A DNA stretch of 64,000 nt from Alphaproteobacteria bacterium. GTDB lineage: Bacteria > Pseudomonadota > Alphaproteobacteria > Bin95. Below are positions 41,450 to 51,039 of the stretch, piece after piece. Position 1 is the first letter of the stretch. Every line of letters starts with the position of its first letter. The DNA lies in contig OZ224045.1 of NCBI GenBank assembly GCA_963665325.3, positions 352,001-416,000 of the forward strand, written 5' to 3'. Under the pieces are notes generated by a model. The model was not told the DNA's origin. It did not search any database and saw only the letters and a program-made list of their open reading frames with translations. The position numbers were made by a program, and so were the translations under genes.

Positions 41450-42536
41450 ATACGCCGTCGCCGAGGGAGATTCCGAGCGAGCGCGCCGTATGCACCAACG
41501 GGCCGTCCAGATCGACGGCGGCGTAGGTGCTGATCGCGTCTTCCAGCGGCACGTCGATAACAGTTCGGTTGCGCCACGCGACCAGCCGGTCGTGGCGCCC
41601 CTCGGCCAGAACATCCACAGCGTGAACGCCGAATGCGGAGGCGATGAGCCGGTCCTGCGCGATCGGCTTGCCGCCGCGCTGGATATGTCCGAGCACCGCG
41701 ACGCGCGTCTCCGCCCCGGTCAACTCTTCCAGCCGGGCCGCCACCCAATGTCCGATGCCCCCGTAACTCGCCGTCTCGCCGGCGGCCTGGCGCACCGCTT
41801 CGCCCGTCTCGGTGCGCACGGCTTCCGCGACCACCACCAGCGCGAAATTGCGTCCACGCGCCTTGAGCGCCCGGATCTTCGCGGCGACATGCGCGAGGTC
41901 CGCCGGGATCTCCGGGATCAGGATCGCATCCGCGCCGCCGGCAATGCCCGCCGACAGCGCGATGTGGCCGGCATCACGCCCCATCAATTCCAGCACCATC
42001 ACCCTGTCGTGGCTTGCCGCCGTGGGCTGGAGATGGTCGAGAGCTTCGGTAGCGGCCGCAACGGCGCTGGCATGGCCGACCGCCGTTTCGGTTGAACCAA
42101 CATCGTTGTCGATTGTCTTGGGAATACCGACCAGGCGGATGCCACCCTGCTGCGCCAGCCGGCGCAATATCGCGAAGCTCCCGTCGCCGCCGATGCCGAT
42201 CAGGGCATCCAGTCCGAGTTGCCGGTAGCCCTCGATGATCTCTTCGGACCGGTCGATCCTGGAACCGTCTGGCATGGGGTAGTCGAAGGCATCGCCCTTG
42301 TTGGTGGTGCCCAACACGGTTCCGCCGCGTCGGAGCAGTTCACCTGTAAAGAGACCCGGGTCCAGAACCTCGTATTGTAGGGGCCTGGACAACAGGCCCA
42401 GCGTGCCCTTCTGGATGCCGATCACCGTCCAGCCGCGGTTGCCGTTCGCGTGAAGCGTCACAGCCCGGACCGCAGCGTTCAACCCGGCGCAATCGCCGCC
42501 ACTGGTCAGGATTCCGATGCGCCGTATCTCGCTCAC
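41439..42536 (-). CDS. pfkA: 6-phosphofructokinase
   Basis: GILTSGGDCAGLNA, GGDGS, PKTIDND, ELMGRDAG, LGHIQRGG; GTG start. Confidence 0.93.
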   Translation of the reverse strand: MSEIRRIGILTSGGDCAGLNAAVRAVTLHANGNRGWTVIGIQKGTLGLLSRPLQYEVLDPGLFTGELLRRGGTVLGTTNKGDAFDYPMPDGSRIDRSEEIIEGYRQLGLDALIGIGGDGSFAILRRLAQQGGIRLVGIPKTIDNDVGSTETAVGHASAVAAATEALDHLQPTAASHDRVMVLELMGRDAGHIALSAGIAGGADAILIPEIPADLAHVAAKIRALKARGRNFALVVVAEAVRTETGEAVRQAAGETASYGGIGHWVAARLEELTGAETRVAVLGHIQRGGKPIAQDRLIASAFGVHAVDVLAEGRHDRLVAWRNRTVIDVPLEDAISTYAAVDLDGPLVHTARSLGISLGDGVSTL

Positions 42537-42583
42537 CGTTTGCGCCTCTGCTATAGTGGATAGAGAGACGGAGCATAGGTGGA

Positions 42584-42793
42584 ATGTCCAGCCCGACGGA
42601 AGCCGACGCAATAGTCGCAAGGCTGGCAGCGTTGCGTTCCGAACATTCAGACCTCGACTACGCCATCGCCGCGCTTACCGAGAAAGCCCCTTTCGACCAG
42701 GTGCAGGTACAGCGCCTCAAGAAGCGAAAGTTGTGGTTGCGGGATATGATCGCAAGGCTGGAGGCGCAGGGTCATCCGGATCTGATCGCCTGA
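42584..42793 (+). CDS. DUF465/YdcH family small coiled-coil protein
   Basis: EHSDLD.AI..L..QRLKKRKL.LRD.I..PDLIA; usual position upstream of purE. Confidence 0.88.
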   Translation: MSSPTEADAIVARLAALRSEHSDLDYAIAALTEKAPFDQVQVQRLKKRKLWLRDMIARLEAQGHPDLIA

Positions 42794-42853
42794 ACGATTT
42801 TCCTTGTGCCGGCCCATCGCCGGTGGACCTCAAACAGCAAGAGGATCGAGATC

Positions 42854-43342
42854 ATGGGCGAGGCCGCCGTTCGCATCGGTATCGTCATGGGCAGCCAGTC
42901 GGACTGGGCGGTAATGCAGCGGTCCGCAGAGACGCTGGACGCGCTCGACGTACCCCATGAAGCGCGCATAGTGTCCGCGCACAGAACGCCCGACCGTCTC
43001 TACAGCTATGCCCGCTGGGCCCGCGACCGGGGCCTGATGGCCGTGATTGCAGGCGCCGGAGGCGCCGCGCACCTGCCCGGCATGGTGGCCTCCATGACAG
43101 TCCTGCCTGTCTTCGGCGTACCGATACCGAGCCGGGCGCTTTCCGGCCTCGACAGCCTGCTGTCCATCGTGCAGATGCCGGCCGGAGTGCCGGTCGGCAC
43201 GCTGGCGATCGGCGAAGCCGGCGCGGTGAATGCGGCACTACTTGCCGCAAGCGTCGTCGCGCTTTCCGATCCCGCCCTTGCGGAAAGGATTCAGGCCTGG
43301 CGGGACCGGCAGACCGCTGCGGTAGCCGAAATTCCCCAATGA
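42854..43342 (+). CDS. purE: N5-CAIR mutase
   Basis: [34 protein letters not shown]. Confidence 0.97.
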   Translation: MGEAAVRIGIVMGSQSDWAVMQRSAETLDALDVPHEARIVSAHRTPDRLYSYARWARDRGLMAVIAGAGGAAHLPGMVASMTVLPVFGVPIPSRALSGLDSLLSIVQMPAGVPVGTLAIGEAGAVNAALLAASVVALSDPALAERIQAWRDRQTAAVAEIPQ

Positions 43343-44403
43343 ATTCGATCGCTCCGGGGGGAACCATCGGCATTTTCGGCGGCGGCCAGCTCGGGCGCAT
43401 GACGGCCCTGGCAGCCGCGCGCCTTGGCTACCGGTGTCATATCTTCTGCCCCGAGGCGGAGAGCCCGGCAGGCGAAGTCTCGGCCACAGCCACGGTTGCC
43501 GACTACGGCGATGCTGCTGCGCTCGATGCGTTCGCTGCATCCATAGACGTTGCGACTTTCGAGTTCGAGAATGTGCCTTACGAGGCCGTGGCCCGCGTGG
43601 CCGGGAAAGTGCCGGTGAGGCCCGGCTGGGAGGCCCTGCGGACCAGCCAGGACCGCGCCGTCGAAAAGCACTTCCTCAACGGTATTGGGCTCGCAACACC
43701 TTCCTGGACCGAAGTCCGGTCGGCCGCAGACCTGAGACGGGCGCCCTGCCCCGGCATCCTGAAGACTGCGAAGCTGGGTTATGACGGGAAGGGCCAATTG
43801 CGGCTCGATGAAGGCTTCGACGCCGAGGCGGCCTGGAGCGTATTCGGCGCCGAACGCGGCGTTGCTGAAGCTCTGGTCGATTTCTCAGTCGAGGTTTCCG
43901 CGATTGCGGCGCGGGGGCCGGATGGCTCTGTCGTGGTCTTCGACGTTGCACAGAACGAACACTGCGACGGCATTCTGAGGCGCACGACCGTCCCTGCGCC
44001 GGTTCCGACCTCCCTGGAAGCAGAGGCGCAGATGTGGGCGACACGGGCTGCGGAGGCGCTCGATCTGGTCGGGCTCCTGGCAGTCGAGTTCTTCGTAACC
44101 CGCGACGGCACGCTGCTGGCCAACGAAATCGCCCCCCGGCCGCATAATTCGGGCCACTGGACGCAGGACGCCTGCGCGGTCGATCAGTTCGAGCAGTTCG
44201 TCCGCGCTGTCACCGGCTTACCGCTCGCCGAGCCGGACCGGCACAGCGATGTCGAGATGGTCAACCTGCTCGGACCCGATGCTCACGCCTGGCCGGACTT
44301 GCTCGCCGAGCCGGGAGCCCGTCTCCATCTATACGGAAAACGCGAGGTCAGGCCCGGGCGCAAGATGGGTCATGTCAACCGCCTGTCACCGAAAACGCGG
44401 TGA
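43339..44403 (+). CDS. purK: N5-CAIR synthase
   Basis: [38 protein letters not shown]. Confidence 0.96.
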   Translation: MNSIAPGGTIGIFGGGQLGRMTALAAARLGYRCHIFCPEAESPAGEVSATATVADYGDAAALDAFAASIDVATFEFENVPYEAVARVAGKVPVRPGWEALRTSQDRAVEKHFLNGIGLATPSWTEVRSAADLRRAPCPGILKTAKLGYDGKGQLRLDEGFDAEAAWSVFGAERGVAEALVDFSVEVSAIAARGPDGSVVVFDVAQNEHCDGILRRTTVPAPVPTSLEAEAQMWATRAAEALDLVGLLAVEFFVTRDGTLLANEIAPRPHNSGHWTQDACAVDQFEQFVRAVTGLPLAEPDRHSDVEMVNLLGPDAHAWPDLLAEPGARLHLYGKREVRPGRKMGHVNRLSPKTR

Positions 44404-45027
44404 AAATGCGCGGAAGCGCGGCAACCGCTCGCGGCACCGCATCAATCTCGCGCGCGCCTTTCCGATGAATGCCACATCCTCAAGCCGGCGGTCGAGAAAT
44501 GCCCAGGCGGCCTCCTGCCCTTCCGACCGGTCGTTCAGCCAGACCTGCAGGACGGCCGCATAGATCCCCGCAAGCGTGGCGCGCTTGGTGTAGTAGCTGA
44601 AGTCCGTGCTCCGGTCGTTCGCCAGGAGCCATATCGCATCCACCGTGCGGTAAAGCGATCTCAACGCCACCGGCGCGTTATGGGGAAGCGACAATCGGGC
44701 TGCTGCGCGACGAATGGCTTCCCGATGCGGCGCGTTTCGTTCCAGCCGCACGCGAATCGCAGCTCGGACGATTGCCGCCGCACCTGCCGGAGCAGGGTTG
44801 AGCGCCGAAACCTCCTCGATCATGTGTCGGTCGGCAAGCGCCATATGCACATCGATTGCCTCCATCGGTCCGCGAGGGAAAAGCACTTGTGCCTCTCCTT
44901 CATCCAGACCGGCGGCCGTTGCGCCGGCGCGGAGCGCAGCCATGGTCCATCCGTCGAAGGCGATATGAGGCAGCGCCGCCTCCACGACGCGTTCGCGCAA
45001 CAGCTCCCTGCTCTCCTGTTCAACCAC
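44386..45027 (-). CDS. COQ9 family (rpsU-divergently transcribed) protein
   Basis: FDGWT, VDAIW..DRSTDFSYYTKRATL, FLDRRLE. Confidence 0.9.
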   Translation of the reverse strand: MVEQESRELLRERVVEAALPHIAFDGWTMAALRAGATAAGLDEGEAQVLFPRGPMEAIDVHMALADRHMIEEVSALNPAPAGAAAIVRAAIRVRLERNAPHREAIRRAAARLSLPHNAPVALRSLYRTVDAIWLLANDRSTDFSYYTKRATLAGIYAAVLQVWLNDRSEGQEAAWAFLDRRLEDVAFIGKARARLMRCRERLPRFRAFSPRFR

Positions 45028-45094
45028 GATGCACCTGCCTCTACGGCGGGCGAATGGCCTATGCCGATCCGCCCTTCTGCATTGCCGACCTCCG

Positions 45095-45103
45095 TGCTAT
45101 AAA
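45095..45103 (+). promoter_or_regulatory. Putative extended -10 element upstream of rpsU
   Basis: TGcTATAAA about 45 nt upstream of rpsU start; AGAGGAG RBS follows. Confidence 0.45.
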
Positions 45104-45144
45104 CGCGCCCCTCGCAGCGACCGTCAGAGGAGCACCGAGCACCC

Positions 45145-45348
45145 GTGCATGTTACCGTCCGCGACAACAATGTCGATCAAGCGCTCAGGGCGCTGAAAAA
45201 GAAAATGCAGCGCGAAGGCATCTTTCGTGAAATGAAGCTGCGCCGTTCTTATGAGAAGCCCTCCGAGAAACGCGCGCGAGAGCAGGCCGAGGCCGTCCGC
45301 CGCCATCGCAAACTGATGCGCAAGCGTTTGGAGCGCGAAGGATACTAG
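45145..45348 (+). CDS. rpsU: 30S ribosomal protein S21
   Basis: [27 protein letters not shown]. Confidence 0.98.
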   Translation: MHVTVRDNNVDQALRALKKKMQREGIFREMKLRRSYEKPSEKRAREQAEAVRRHRKLMRKRLEREGY

Positions 45349-45355
45349 CTCCACA

Positions 45356-46981
45356 ATGAATGCCTATGACCGCGGCCTCGACCGACGGGCAGCAAACTAC
45401 GAACCGCTGACGCCACTTTCATTCCTGCAACGCACCGCCTGGGTTTTTCCGGAGCACCCTTCGGTCGTGCATGGAAAACGCCGGTTCACCTGGAAAGAGA
45501 CGCGCCAACGCTGCCATATGCTTGCGGATGCGCTTGCCCGGCGCGGCATAGGCAAGGGCGACACCGTGGCCGTCATGGCTGCGAACACGCCGGAGATGCT
45601 GGAGTGCCATTTCGGTGTGCCGATGACGGGCGCCGTGCTGAACACGCTGAATATCCGCCTCGACGCCGCGTCCATCGCCTTCATGCTGAAGCATGGCGAG
45701 GCGAAGGCCATTCTGGTTGATCGGGAATTTTCGGACACCATCCGTCAGGCGCTTGCCAGCCTCGGGCGGGATATCCTGACGGTCGATATCGACGACCCGG
45801 AATATGACGGACCGGGAGACCGGATCGGCAGCCTCGACTACGAGGCGCTGTTGGCCGAGGGGAATGCGGCTTTCGCATACTCTCCGCCGACGGACGAGTG
45901 GGATGCCATTTCGCTCAACTATACGTCCGGAACCACAGGCAACCCCAAAGGGGTGGTCTATCACCATCGCGGCGCCTGGCTGACCGCGACCGGAAACACG
46001 ATGGCGTGGCAGATGCAACTCCATCCGGTTTATCTCTGGACGCTGCCGATGTTCCACTGCAACGGCTGGTGCTTCCCCTGGACGATAACCGCGCAGGCCG
46101 GCACGCATGTGTGCCTGCGCCGGGTTGAGGCCGGACGGATTTTCGGCGCGATTGCGGACGAACGCGTGTCGCATTTCTGCGGCGCTCCGATCGTGCTCAA
46201 CATGCTGCTGCACGCGCCGGAGGAGGAGCGCCGGAGCTTCGCCCGCCGCGTCCAGGTAATGACCGCGGCCGCCCCGCCGCCGCCCTCGACGCTGGAGGGC
46301 ATGGAGGCAATGGGCTTCGACATCACCCACACCTACGGTCTGACGGAATGCTACGGCCCGGCCGTGGTCTCGGCCTGGAACACGGATTGGGACGCTTTGC
46401 CCGGCGCCGACCGCGCGGCGATGAAGGCGCGGCAGGGCGTTCGCTACCCGGTGCTCGAAGGCCTGACTGTGATGGACCCCGAAACGATGGCCGAAACGCC
46501 CCGCGACGGCGAGACCATCGGCGAGGTCATGATGCGCGGCAATGTCGTGATGAAGGGGTACCTGAAGAACGAGACCGCCAGCGATGAGGCATTTGCCGGC
46601 GGCTGGTTCCATACCGGCGATCTCGGCGTCATGCACGAGGACGGCTATATCGCGCTGAAGGACCGTTCGAAGGACATCATCATTTCCGGCGGGGAGAACA
46701 TCTCGTCCGTCGAGGTGGAACAGGTTCTGTACCGGCATCCGGCGGTGCTCGAAGCCGCGGTCGTAGCGAAGCCCGACGATAAATGGGGCGAAACTCCCTG
46801 CGCTTTCGTCGAAACCCTTTCGGGTGCAGAACCGACGGAAGCGGAGGTCATCGCCTTCTGCCGGGACAATATGGCCCGTTTCAAGGCGCCGCGCCGCGTC
46901 GTCTTCGGCCCCCTGCCCAAGACCTCCACCGGCAAGGTGCAGAAGTTCGTGCTCCGCGAACAGGCGCGCGATCTGGAGTGA
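45356..46981 (+). CDS. Acyl-CoA synthetase (AMP-binding)
   Basis: PLTPLSFL, YTSGTTGNPKG, YGLTE, GWFHTGD, LPKTSTGK. Confidence 0.93.
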   Translation: MNAYDRGLDRRAANYEPLTPLSFLQRTAWVFPEHPSVVHGKRRFTWKETRQRCHMLADALARRGIGKGDTVAVMAANTPEMLECHFGVPMTGAVLNTLNIRLDAASIAFMLKHGEAKAILVDREFSDTIRQALASLGRDILTVDIDDPEYDGPGDRIGSLDYEALLAEGNAAFAYSPPTDEWDAISLNYTSGTTGNPKGVVYHHRGAWLTATGNTMAWQMQLHPVYLWTLPMFHCNGWCFPWTITAQAGTHVCLRRVEAGRIFGAIADERVSHFCGAPIVLNMLLHAPEEERRSFARRVQVMTAAAPPPPSTLEGMEAMGFDITHTYGLTECYGPAVVSAWNTDWDALPGADRAAMKARQGVRYPVLEGLTVMDPETMAETPRDGETIGEVMMRGNVVMKGYLKNETASDEAFAGGWFHTGDLGVMHEDGYIALKDRSKDIIISGGENISSVEVEQVLYRHPAVLEAAVVAKPDDKWGETPCAFVETLSGAEPTEAEVIAFCRDNMARFKAPRRVVFGPLPKTSTGKVQKFVLREQARDLE

Positions 46982-47153
46982 GGCCGGGAAACCGGCTGGC
47001 CCCGAATTGCGCATCTGCGAGTTCGCTCGCGAACCCTCCGGCGGCGGCCCGTTTCCCGCTCCGACGCGCCAGAGCGGAGTCCTTCTCAGGCCGGACCGAC
47101 TCCGTCACCGTCGCCTTGGACTGCCGAATATTCATTTTTTGTTCCTAATTTTC

Positions 47154-47183
47154 TTGACTTTGAGGAAAATAGACTGATATAGG
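47154..47183 (+). promoter_or_regulatory. Putative sigma70 promoter of cassette copy 1
   Basis: TTGACT (47154-47159) followed by TGaTATAGG (47175-47183) in an AT-rich patch. Confidence 0.55.
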
Positions 47184-47185
47184 AC

Positions 47186-47218
47186 CCAGAGAAGCGGTGT
47201 CCGGAGCCGCTTCTCTGG
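47186..47218 (+). other. Perfect 12-bp hairpin at the 5' end of cassette copy 1
   Basis: CCAGAGAAGCGG-tgtccggag-CCGCTTCTCTGG; related hairpin at 60231-60258 in copy 2. Confidence 0.75.
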
Positions 47219-47399
47219 CGTCGCGCGGCCGGCGGCGCCATTTTCGAAAAAACCCTGAGAAACCGACGGGAGAGGTGTGCCCTCCGCCTCGCGCGCGCAA
47301 TCAGGCGTGCGAACCGCGCCGGCGCCAACGGGCGCCCCCGCCCGCGCGCGATAGCGCGCGGCAAAGGGTCCGCTGCTCCCGATCGGACAAGGAGAGCCG

Positions 47400-47873
47400 A
47401 TGACCGCAACCGACCCCCGCCCCGCACTGGCGGCGATGCTGGCCGCAAGGCTGATGCCGGCCGCCGATGCCCTCGCCGCAGGCTATACCCGGGACGCCAA
47501 CCCGGAGCCGCCGCCCTCGGACGACCGCGCCCGCGCCGAATGTGCCGACGCGCCGGGCGCGCCCAGCTCGCCCATCTGCGCCAGCTCCTCGCTCCGCTCG
47601 ACTGGAGCGCCGCGCACATGCCCGAGCCGGAACCGGAACCGTGGGAGTCGCCGCCCCCGGCGGTGCCGGACTACGACGGCAGCGAAGACGAGTTCCACTA
47701 TTTCGGCGAGGCCTGGGTCGGCAGCCAGGACACACCCGAATTCGGGGCATGGCGCGAACGGCAGAACCGCCGTACGGAAGCCAATATCGCCCGCTGCCTC
47801 GACAGCGCCGGAAGCGCGGGCCCCGACGGGGCGGCAAGCCATGACCGCAACCCCGCCGCATGACAAAACATGA
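47400..47873 (+). pseudogene. Hypothetical protein, probably frameshifted near 47540
   Basis: AAGGAG RBS before ATG 47400; protein-like helical sequence continues in the -1 frame (47540-47863) while the original frame turns low-complexity. Confidence 0.5.
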
Positions 47874-47885
47874 CATTCCATGACA
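47859..47885 (+). repeat. CATGACA x3 at exact 10-bp spacing
   Basis: CATGACAaaa CATGACAttc CATGACA starting at 47859, 47869, 47879. Confidence 0.9.
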
Positions 47886-47946
47886 CCGGGGGTGTGTGGA
47901 AGGAACCCGGTCCCGGGCTCGCCGGTGCGGGCCGCGCAGGACAGCG

Positions 47947-48762
47947 TTATTCCGGGCGTTCCCCCCGCAACGCTCGGGCGAGAGCGCAAAAGTCATCGAC
48001 TGTCAGTTCCTCGGGGCGCAGCGTGTCGTCGAGCCCTGCGCGGGCGGGGAGATCGCCGAGCGTGCGGCGGAGCATCTTTCGCCGCCCCCCGAAAGCGCGG
48101 GCCGTAATTTGTTCCAGATCGGACACGATCGCCGGCACCGGCGCCGAACGTGGCGTCAGTGCGACGACGCTGGAGGCGACTTTCGGCGCCGGGGTGAAGG
48201 CGCCGGGAGGTAGGTCGAAACAGCGGCGGACCTCGGCGCGCCATTGCACGAGAATCGAAAGCCGGCCTCGAGCCTTGCTGCCCGGCGGGGCCGCCAGACG
48301 GTCCGCAACCTCCTTCTGGAACATGAGGGTCATGGACTCGATCCCGGCCGACCGGCGCAGCCAGCCGACCAACAGCGGAGTGGCAACATTGTACGGCAGA
48401 TTGGCGATGAGCTTGATCGGCGCGGGGCCGAGCGCAGCTACGTCCACATCAAGCGCATCCGCGGCCATGACCCGAAGCCGCCCGCCGCTTGCCGCAGCGA
48501 GCTCCGCCAGCGCTTCGACGCAGCGGGCATCGCGCTCGACCGCAACAATTCGCTCCGCCCCGGCCTGCAGCAGCGCGCGCGTGAGACCGCCGGGGCCTGG
48601 ACCGATCTCGACGGCCGTTCGCCCCTCCAGAGAGCCCGCCGCGCGGGCGATGCGTTCTGCGATGCCGGGATCGAGCAGGAAATGCTGACCGAGCCCGCGC
48701 CGGGCGCCCAGCCCGTAGCGGCGGATCAGGTCCTGCGGGCGCGGCAGGTTGCCGTCAGACAC
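47947..48762 (-). CDS. rsmA: 16S rRNA m6,2A1518/1519 dimethyltransferase
   Basis: LGQHFLLD, EIGPGPGGLT, ANLPYNV, FQKEVA, F.PAPKV. Confidence 0.95.
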   Translation of the reverse strand: MSDGNLPRPQDLIRRYGLGARRGLGQHFLLDPGIAERIARAAGSLEGRTAVEIGPGPGGLTRALLQAGAERIVAVERDARCVEALAELAAASGGRLRVMAADALDVDVAALGPAPIKLIANLPYNVATPLLVGWLRRSAGIESMTLMFQKEVADRLAAPPGSKARGRLSILVQWRAEVRRCFDLPPGAFTPAPKVASSVVALTPRSAPVPAIVSDLEQITARAFGGRRKMLRRTLGDLPARAGLDDTLRPEELTVDDFCALARALRGERPE

Positions 48763-49738
48763 CTTGCCGGCGCTCTGCCATCGCATGGGCGAGTTTCAGG
48801 GCGGCAACCAGGCTGCCGGGCCGTGCGCAGCCGGTGCCGGCGATGTCGAGCGCGGTTCCATGGTCCGGCGATGTCCGCACGATCGGCAGGCCGAGTGTGA
48901 CATTCACCGCGTTGTGGAAATCCAGCATCTTCACCGGGATCAGTGCCTGGTCGTGATAGGCGCAGAGCACCGCATCGTACCGGGCCCGGGCTTCGGCGTG
49001 GAAGAGCGTGTCCGCCGGCAGCGGTCCGCGTATGTCGAGCCCTTCCCGCTTCAGCCGCGCCGCTGCCGGAGCCATGACCGCGCCGTCTTCCGCGCCGAGC
49101 GTCCCGCCCTCCCCGGCATGGGGGTTCAGGCCGGCCAGCACCAGGCGCGGCGCAGCGATGCCGAAATCGGCCCGCAGAGCATCGGCAACAATTCGCGCCG
49201 TTTCCTCGATCAAGGCTCCAGTCAGCCGGCCGGAAACCTCCGAGAGCGGAATATGCACAGTCAGAGGGACCGCCCGGAGGCCCTCGCCAACCAACATCAT
49301 GACCGAACGGCGCGCACCGGTAAGCTCCGCAAGGAACTCGGTATGGCCCGGATGGGCGAAACCGGCACTTGTCAGGCTTTCTTTCTGGATGGGAAGCGTG
49401 ACGACCGCAGAAGCGGCGCCGGAACCGACGGCCGCCACGGCTCGTTCGATGGAAGCGATGACCGCGGGAGCATGCTCAGGGTCGGCCGTTCCGGGTTCGA
49501 CCGGCGCCGTCAAGGGCAGCGGCAACACCGGCAGGGCGTCGGGAAATATCCGCACGGCATCGTCAGGCCGCTCGATCCGGCGGACGGGCGCAGCCGGGTC
49601 GATCCGCGCCAGCCAGTCGGCATCGCCGACCAGGAAAAACGCCGGCACGCCGGGTGTAGTCCAAGCCTTCAGGGCAAGTTCCCCGCCGACGCCGCCCGGT
49701 TCACCCATGGTCAGCGCGAGCGGCCGCGAGGAGGTCAT
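48755..49738 (-). CDS. pdxA: 4-hydroxythreonine-4-phosphate dehydrogenase
   Basis: TMGEPGGVG, PGHTEFL, NPHAGE, YHDQAL, RTSPDHGTA. Confidence 0.96.
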   Translation of the reverse strand: MTSSRPLALTMGEPGGVGGELALKAWTTPGVPAFFLVGDADWLARIDPAAPVRRIERPDDAVRIFPDALPVLPLPLTAPVEPGTADPEHAPAVIASIERAVAAVGSGAASAVVTLPIQKESLTSAGFAHPGHTEFLAELTGARRSVMMLVGEGLRAVPLTVHIPLSEVSGRLTGALIEETARIVADALRADFGIAAPRLVLAGLNPHAGEGGTLGAEDGAVMAPAAARLKREGLDIRGPLPADTLFHAEARARYDAVLCAYHDQALIPVKMLDFHNAVNVTLGLPIVRTSPDHGTALDIAGTGCARPGSLVAALKLAHAMAERRQGV

Positions 49739-50997
49739 TTGCGGCGGAATATCAATGCTGTGCGGCGCAGATCCTGCAAATATCGGTCCGCGCGTCGATT
49801 AATCCGCTCCACACGCAACTGCCGCGCGATCGCCTCCCGTTCTCTGGTGTCTTCCGGCGTCCTGATGCGCTCGCACACCATCAACACTAGGAAACCGCCT
49901 TCCCAAGGTATCGGGCTGCTCGCGACGTCCGGCTCCAGGCTCGATACCTCCCTTTGCAACTGCTCGGGCAGGTTACCGAGCTTGACCCGACCGGCGTCCA
50001 CCGGCTCCTCGATCCCGGCTTCCGTGGCGGCACGCTCCATGTCGGTGCAACCGGCGACCGTACTGCCGACCGCGGCCGCCCGCTCGCGGAGCGTTTCCGA
50101 CTGTGCAGGCGCGGCACCGTCCGGCGCCGTGAAATGGAGGCGCTTAAGTGCGAATTCAGCTTCCTCCGCGACGAAACCTTCGACAACCCTCCGCTCACGC
50201 AACAAAAGGATATAAAACCCGTTTTCAAGGCGAACCGGCAGAGAAAAACTATTTGGCGCCAGCGAGTCCAATGCCGCCTCCAGCCGGGAATCGAGCTGCC
50301 CGGCACGCACGCGCCCCAGATCGCCGCCAATGGCAGCAGAAGAGGATTGCGAAAACTGCCGGGCCAAACCTTCGAAGGAGGCGCCGGAGCGCAATTGCGC
50401 CACGATCCCGTCCGCGACTGCGCGAACTTCCCCTTCGCTCGCCGGGTCGTTCATTGCCAGGAAGATCTCCGAGACGACATATTCGCTCGAGCCGACGGCG
50501 GCGCGGCGTTCCGCCAGACGTGCTTCGACCTCGTCGATGCCGACTTCGACGCGCGGCGCGACCCGCCTAGCCAACAACTTGTTCCAGGCGGCCTCCACTC
50601 GCAAATGTTCCTTCAGCGCCTCGATATCGAGCCTATTGCTGCGGAAAAACCGGTCCAAACCGCCCGGTTGCAGATTGTTGCGCTTCTCTATGTCCGCGAT
50701 CTGCTCTGCAATCTCGTGTCCGCTCACATTGATTCCGAACCGCCTCGCTTCCTGGCTTTGCAGTCGTTCATCCATAAGTGTGCGCAGGATTTGCGACCCG
50801 AGCCGCTGGCGGATCTCCGGTGTGTCCTCGACATTCGAAGACGACAACGCAATGCCAAGCCGGGCAATAACGTCGTACCGAGTGATAATGTCATCGTTGA
50901 CGACGGCCACGATCCGGCCTGCCTGCTGAGCTTGGGCTACGCCGCAAGCAGCCAGGCCGCACAAGATGAAAATAAACCGCAGGCATGCGCAACGCAT
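49735..50997 (-). CDS. surA: Periplasmic chaperone/PPIase SurA
   Basis: Signal peptide, IVAVVNDDIIT, FEGLARQFS..GGDLG, YLQDLRR; upstream of pdxA. Confidence 0.88.
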   Translation of the reverse strand: MRCACLRFIFILCGLAACGVAQAQQAGRIVAVVNDDIITRYDVIARLGIALSSSNVEDTPEIRQRLGSQILRTLMDERLQSQEARRFGINVSGHEIAEQIADIEKRNNLQPGGLDRFFRSNRLDIEALKEHLRVEAAWNKLLARRVAPRVEVGIDEVEARLAERRAAVGSSEYVVSEIFLAMNDPASEGEVRAVADGIVAQLRSGASFEGLARQFSQSSSAAIGGDLGRVRAGQLDSRLEAALDSLAPNSFSLPVRLENGFYILLLRERRVVEGFVAEEAEFALKRLHFTAPDGAAPAQSETLRERAAAVGSTVAGCTDMERAATEAGIEEPVDAGRVKLGNLPEQLQREVSSLEPDVASSPIPWEGGFLVLMVCERIRTPEDTREREAIARQLRVERINRRADRYLQDLRRTALIFRRK

Positions 50998-51039
50998 CTT
51001 CGCCGTTCCCGTCTGGTCTTGGCTCCCGCAGTTATGCCG

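Larger units (their letters stand above)
47130..47916 (+). repeat. Copy 1 of an unannotated dispersed cassette (promoter, hairpin, conserved GC-rich core, RBS, ORF, CATGACA array)
   Basis: 47288-47325 matches the reverse complement of 60115-60152 at 37/38 nt; similarity extends over about 47260-47402; both copies end in 10-bp-phased CATGACA repeats. Confidence 0.8.

Noticed and set aside
47186-47218. Rho-independent terminator of the acyl-CoA synthetase gene
   Set aside because: It lies 200 bp past the stop, directly after a promoter-like sequence, lacks a U-tract and has a counterpart in cassette copy 2
47130-47916. Retron or MITE identity for the cassette
   Set aside because: No reverse transcriptase in the window, and no terminal inverted repeats or target duplication that I could see; left unassigned
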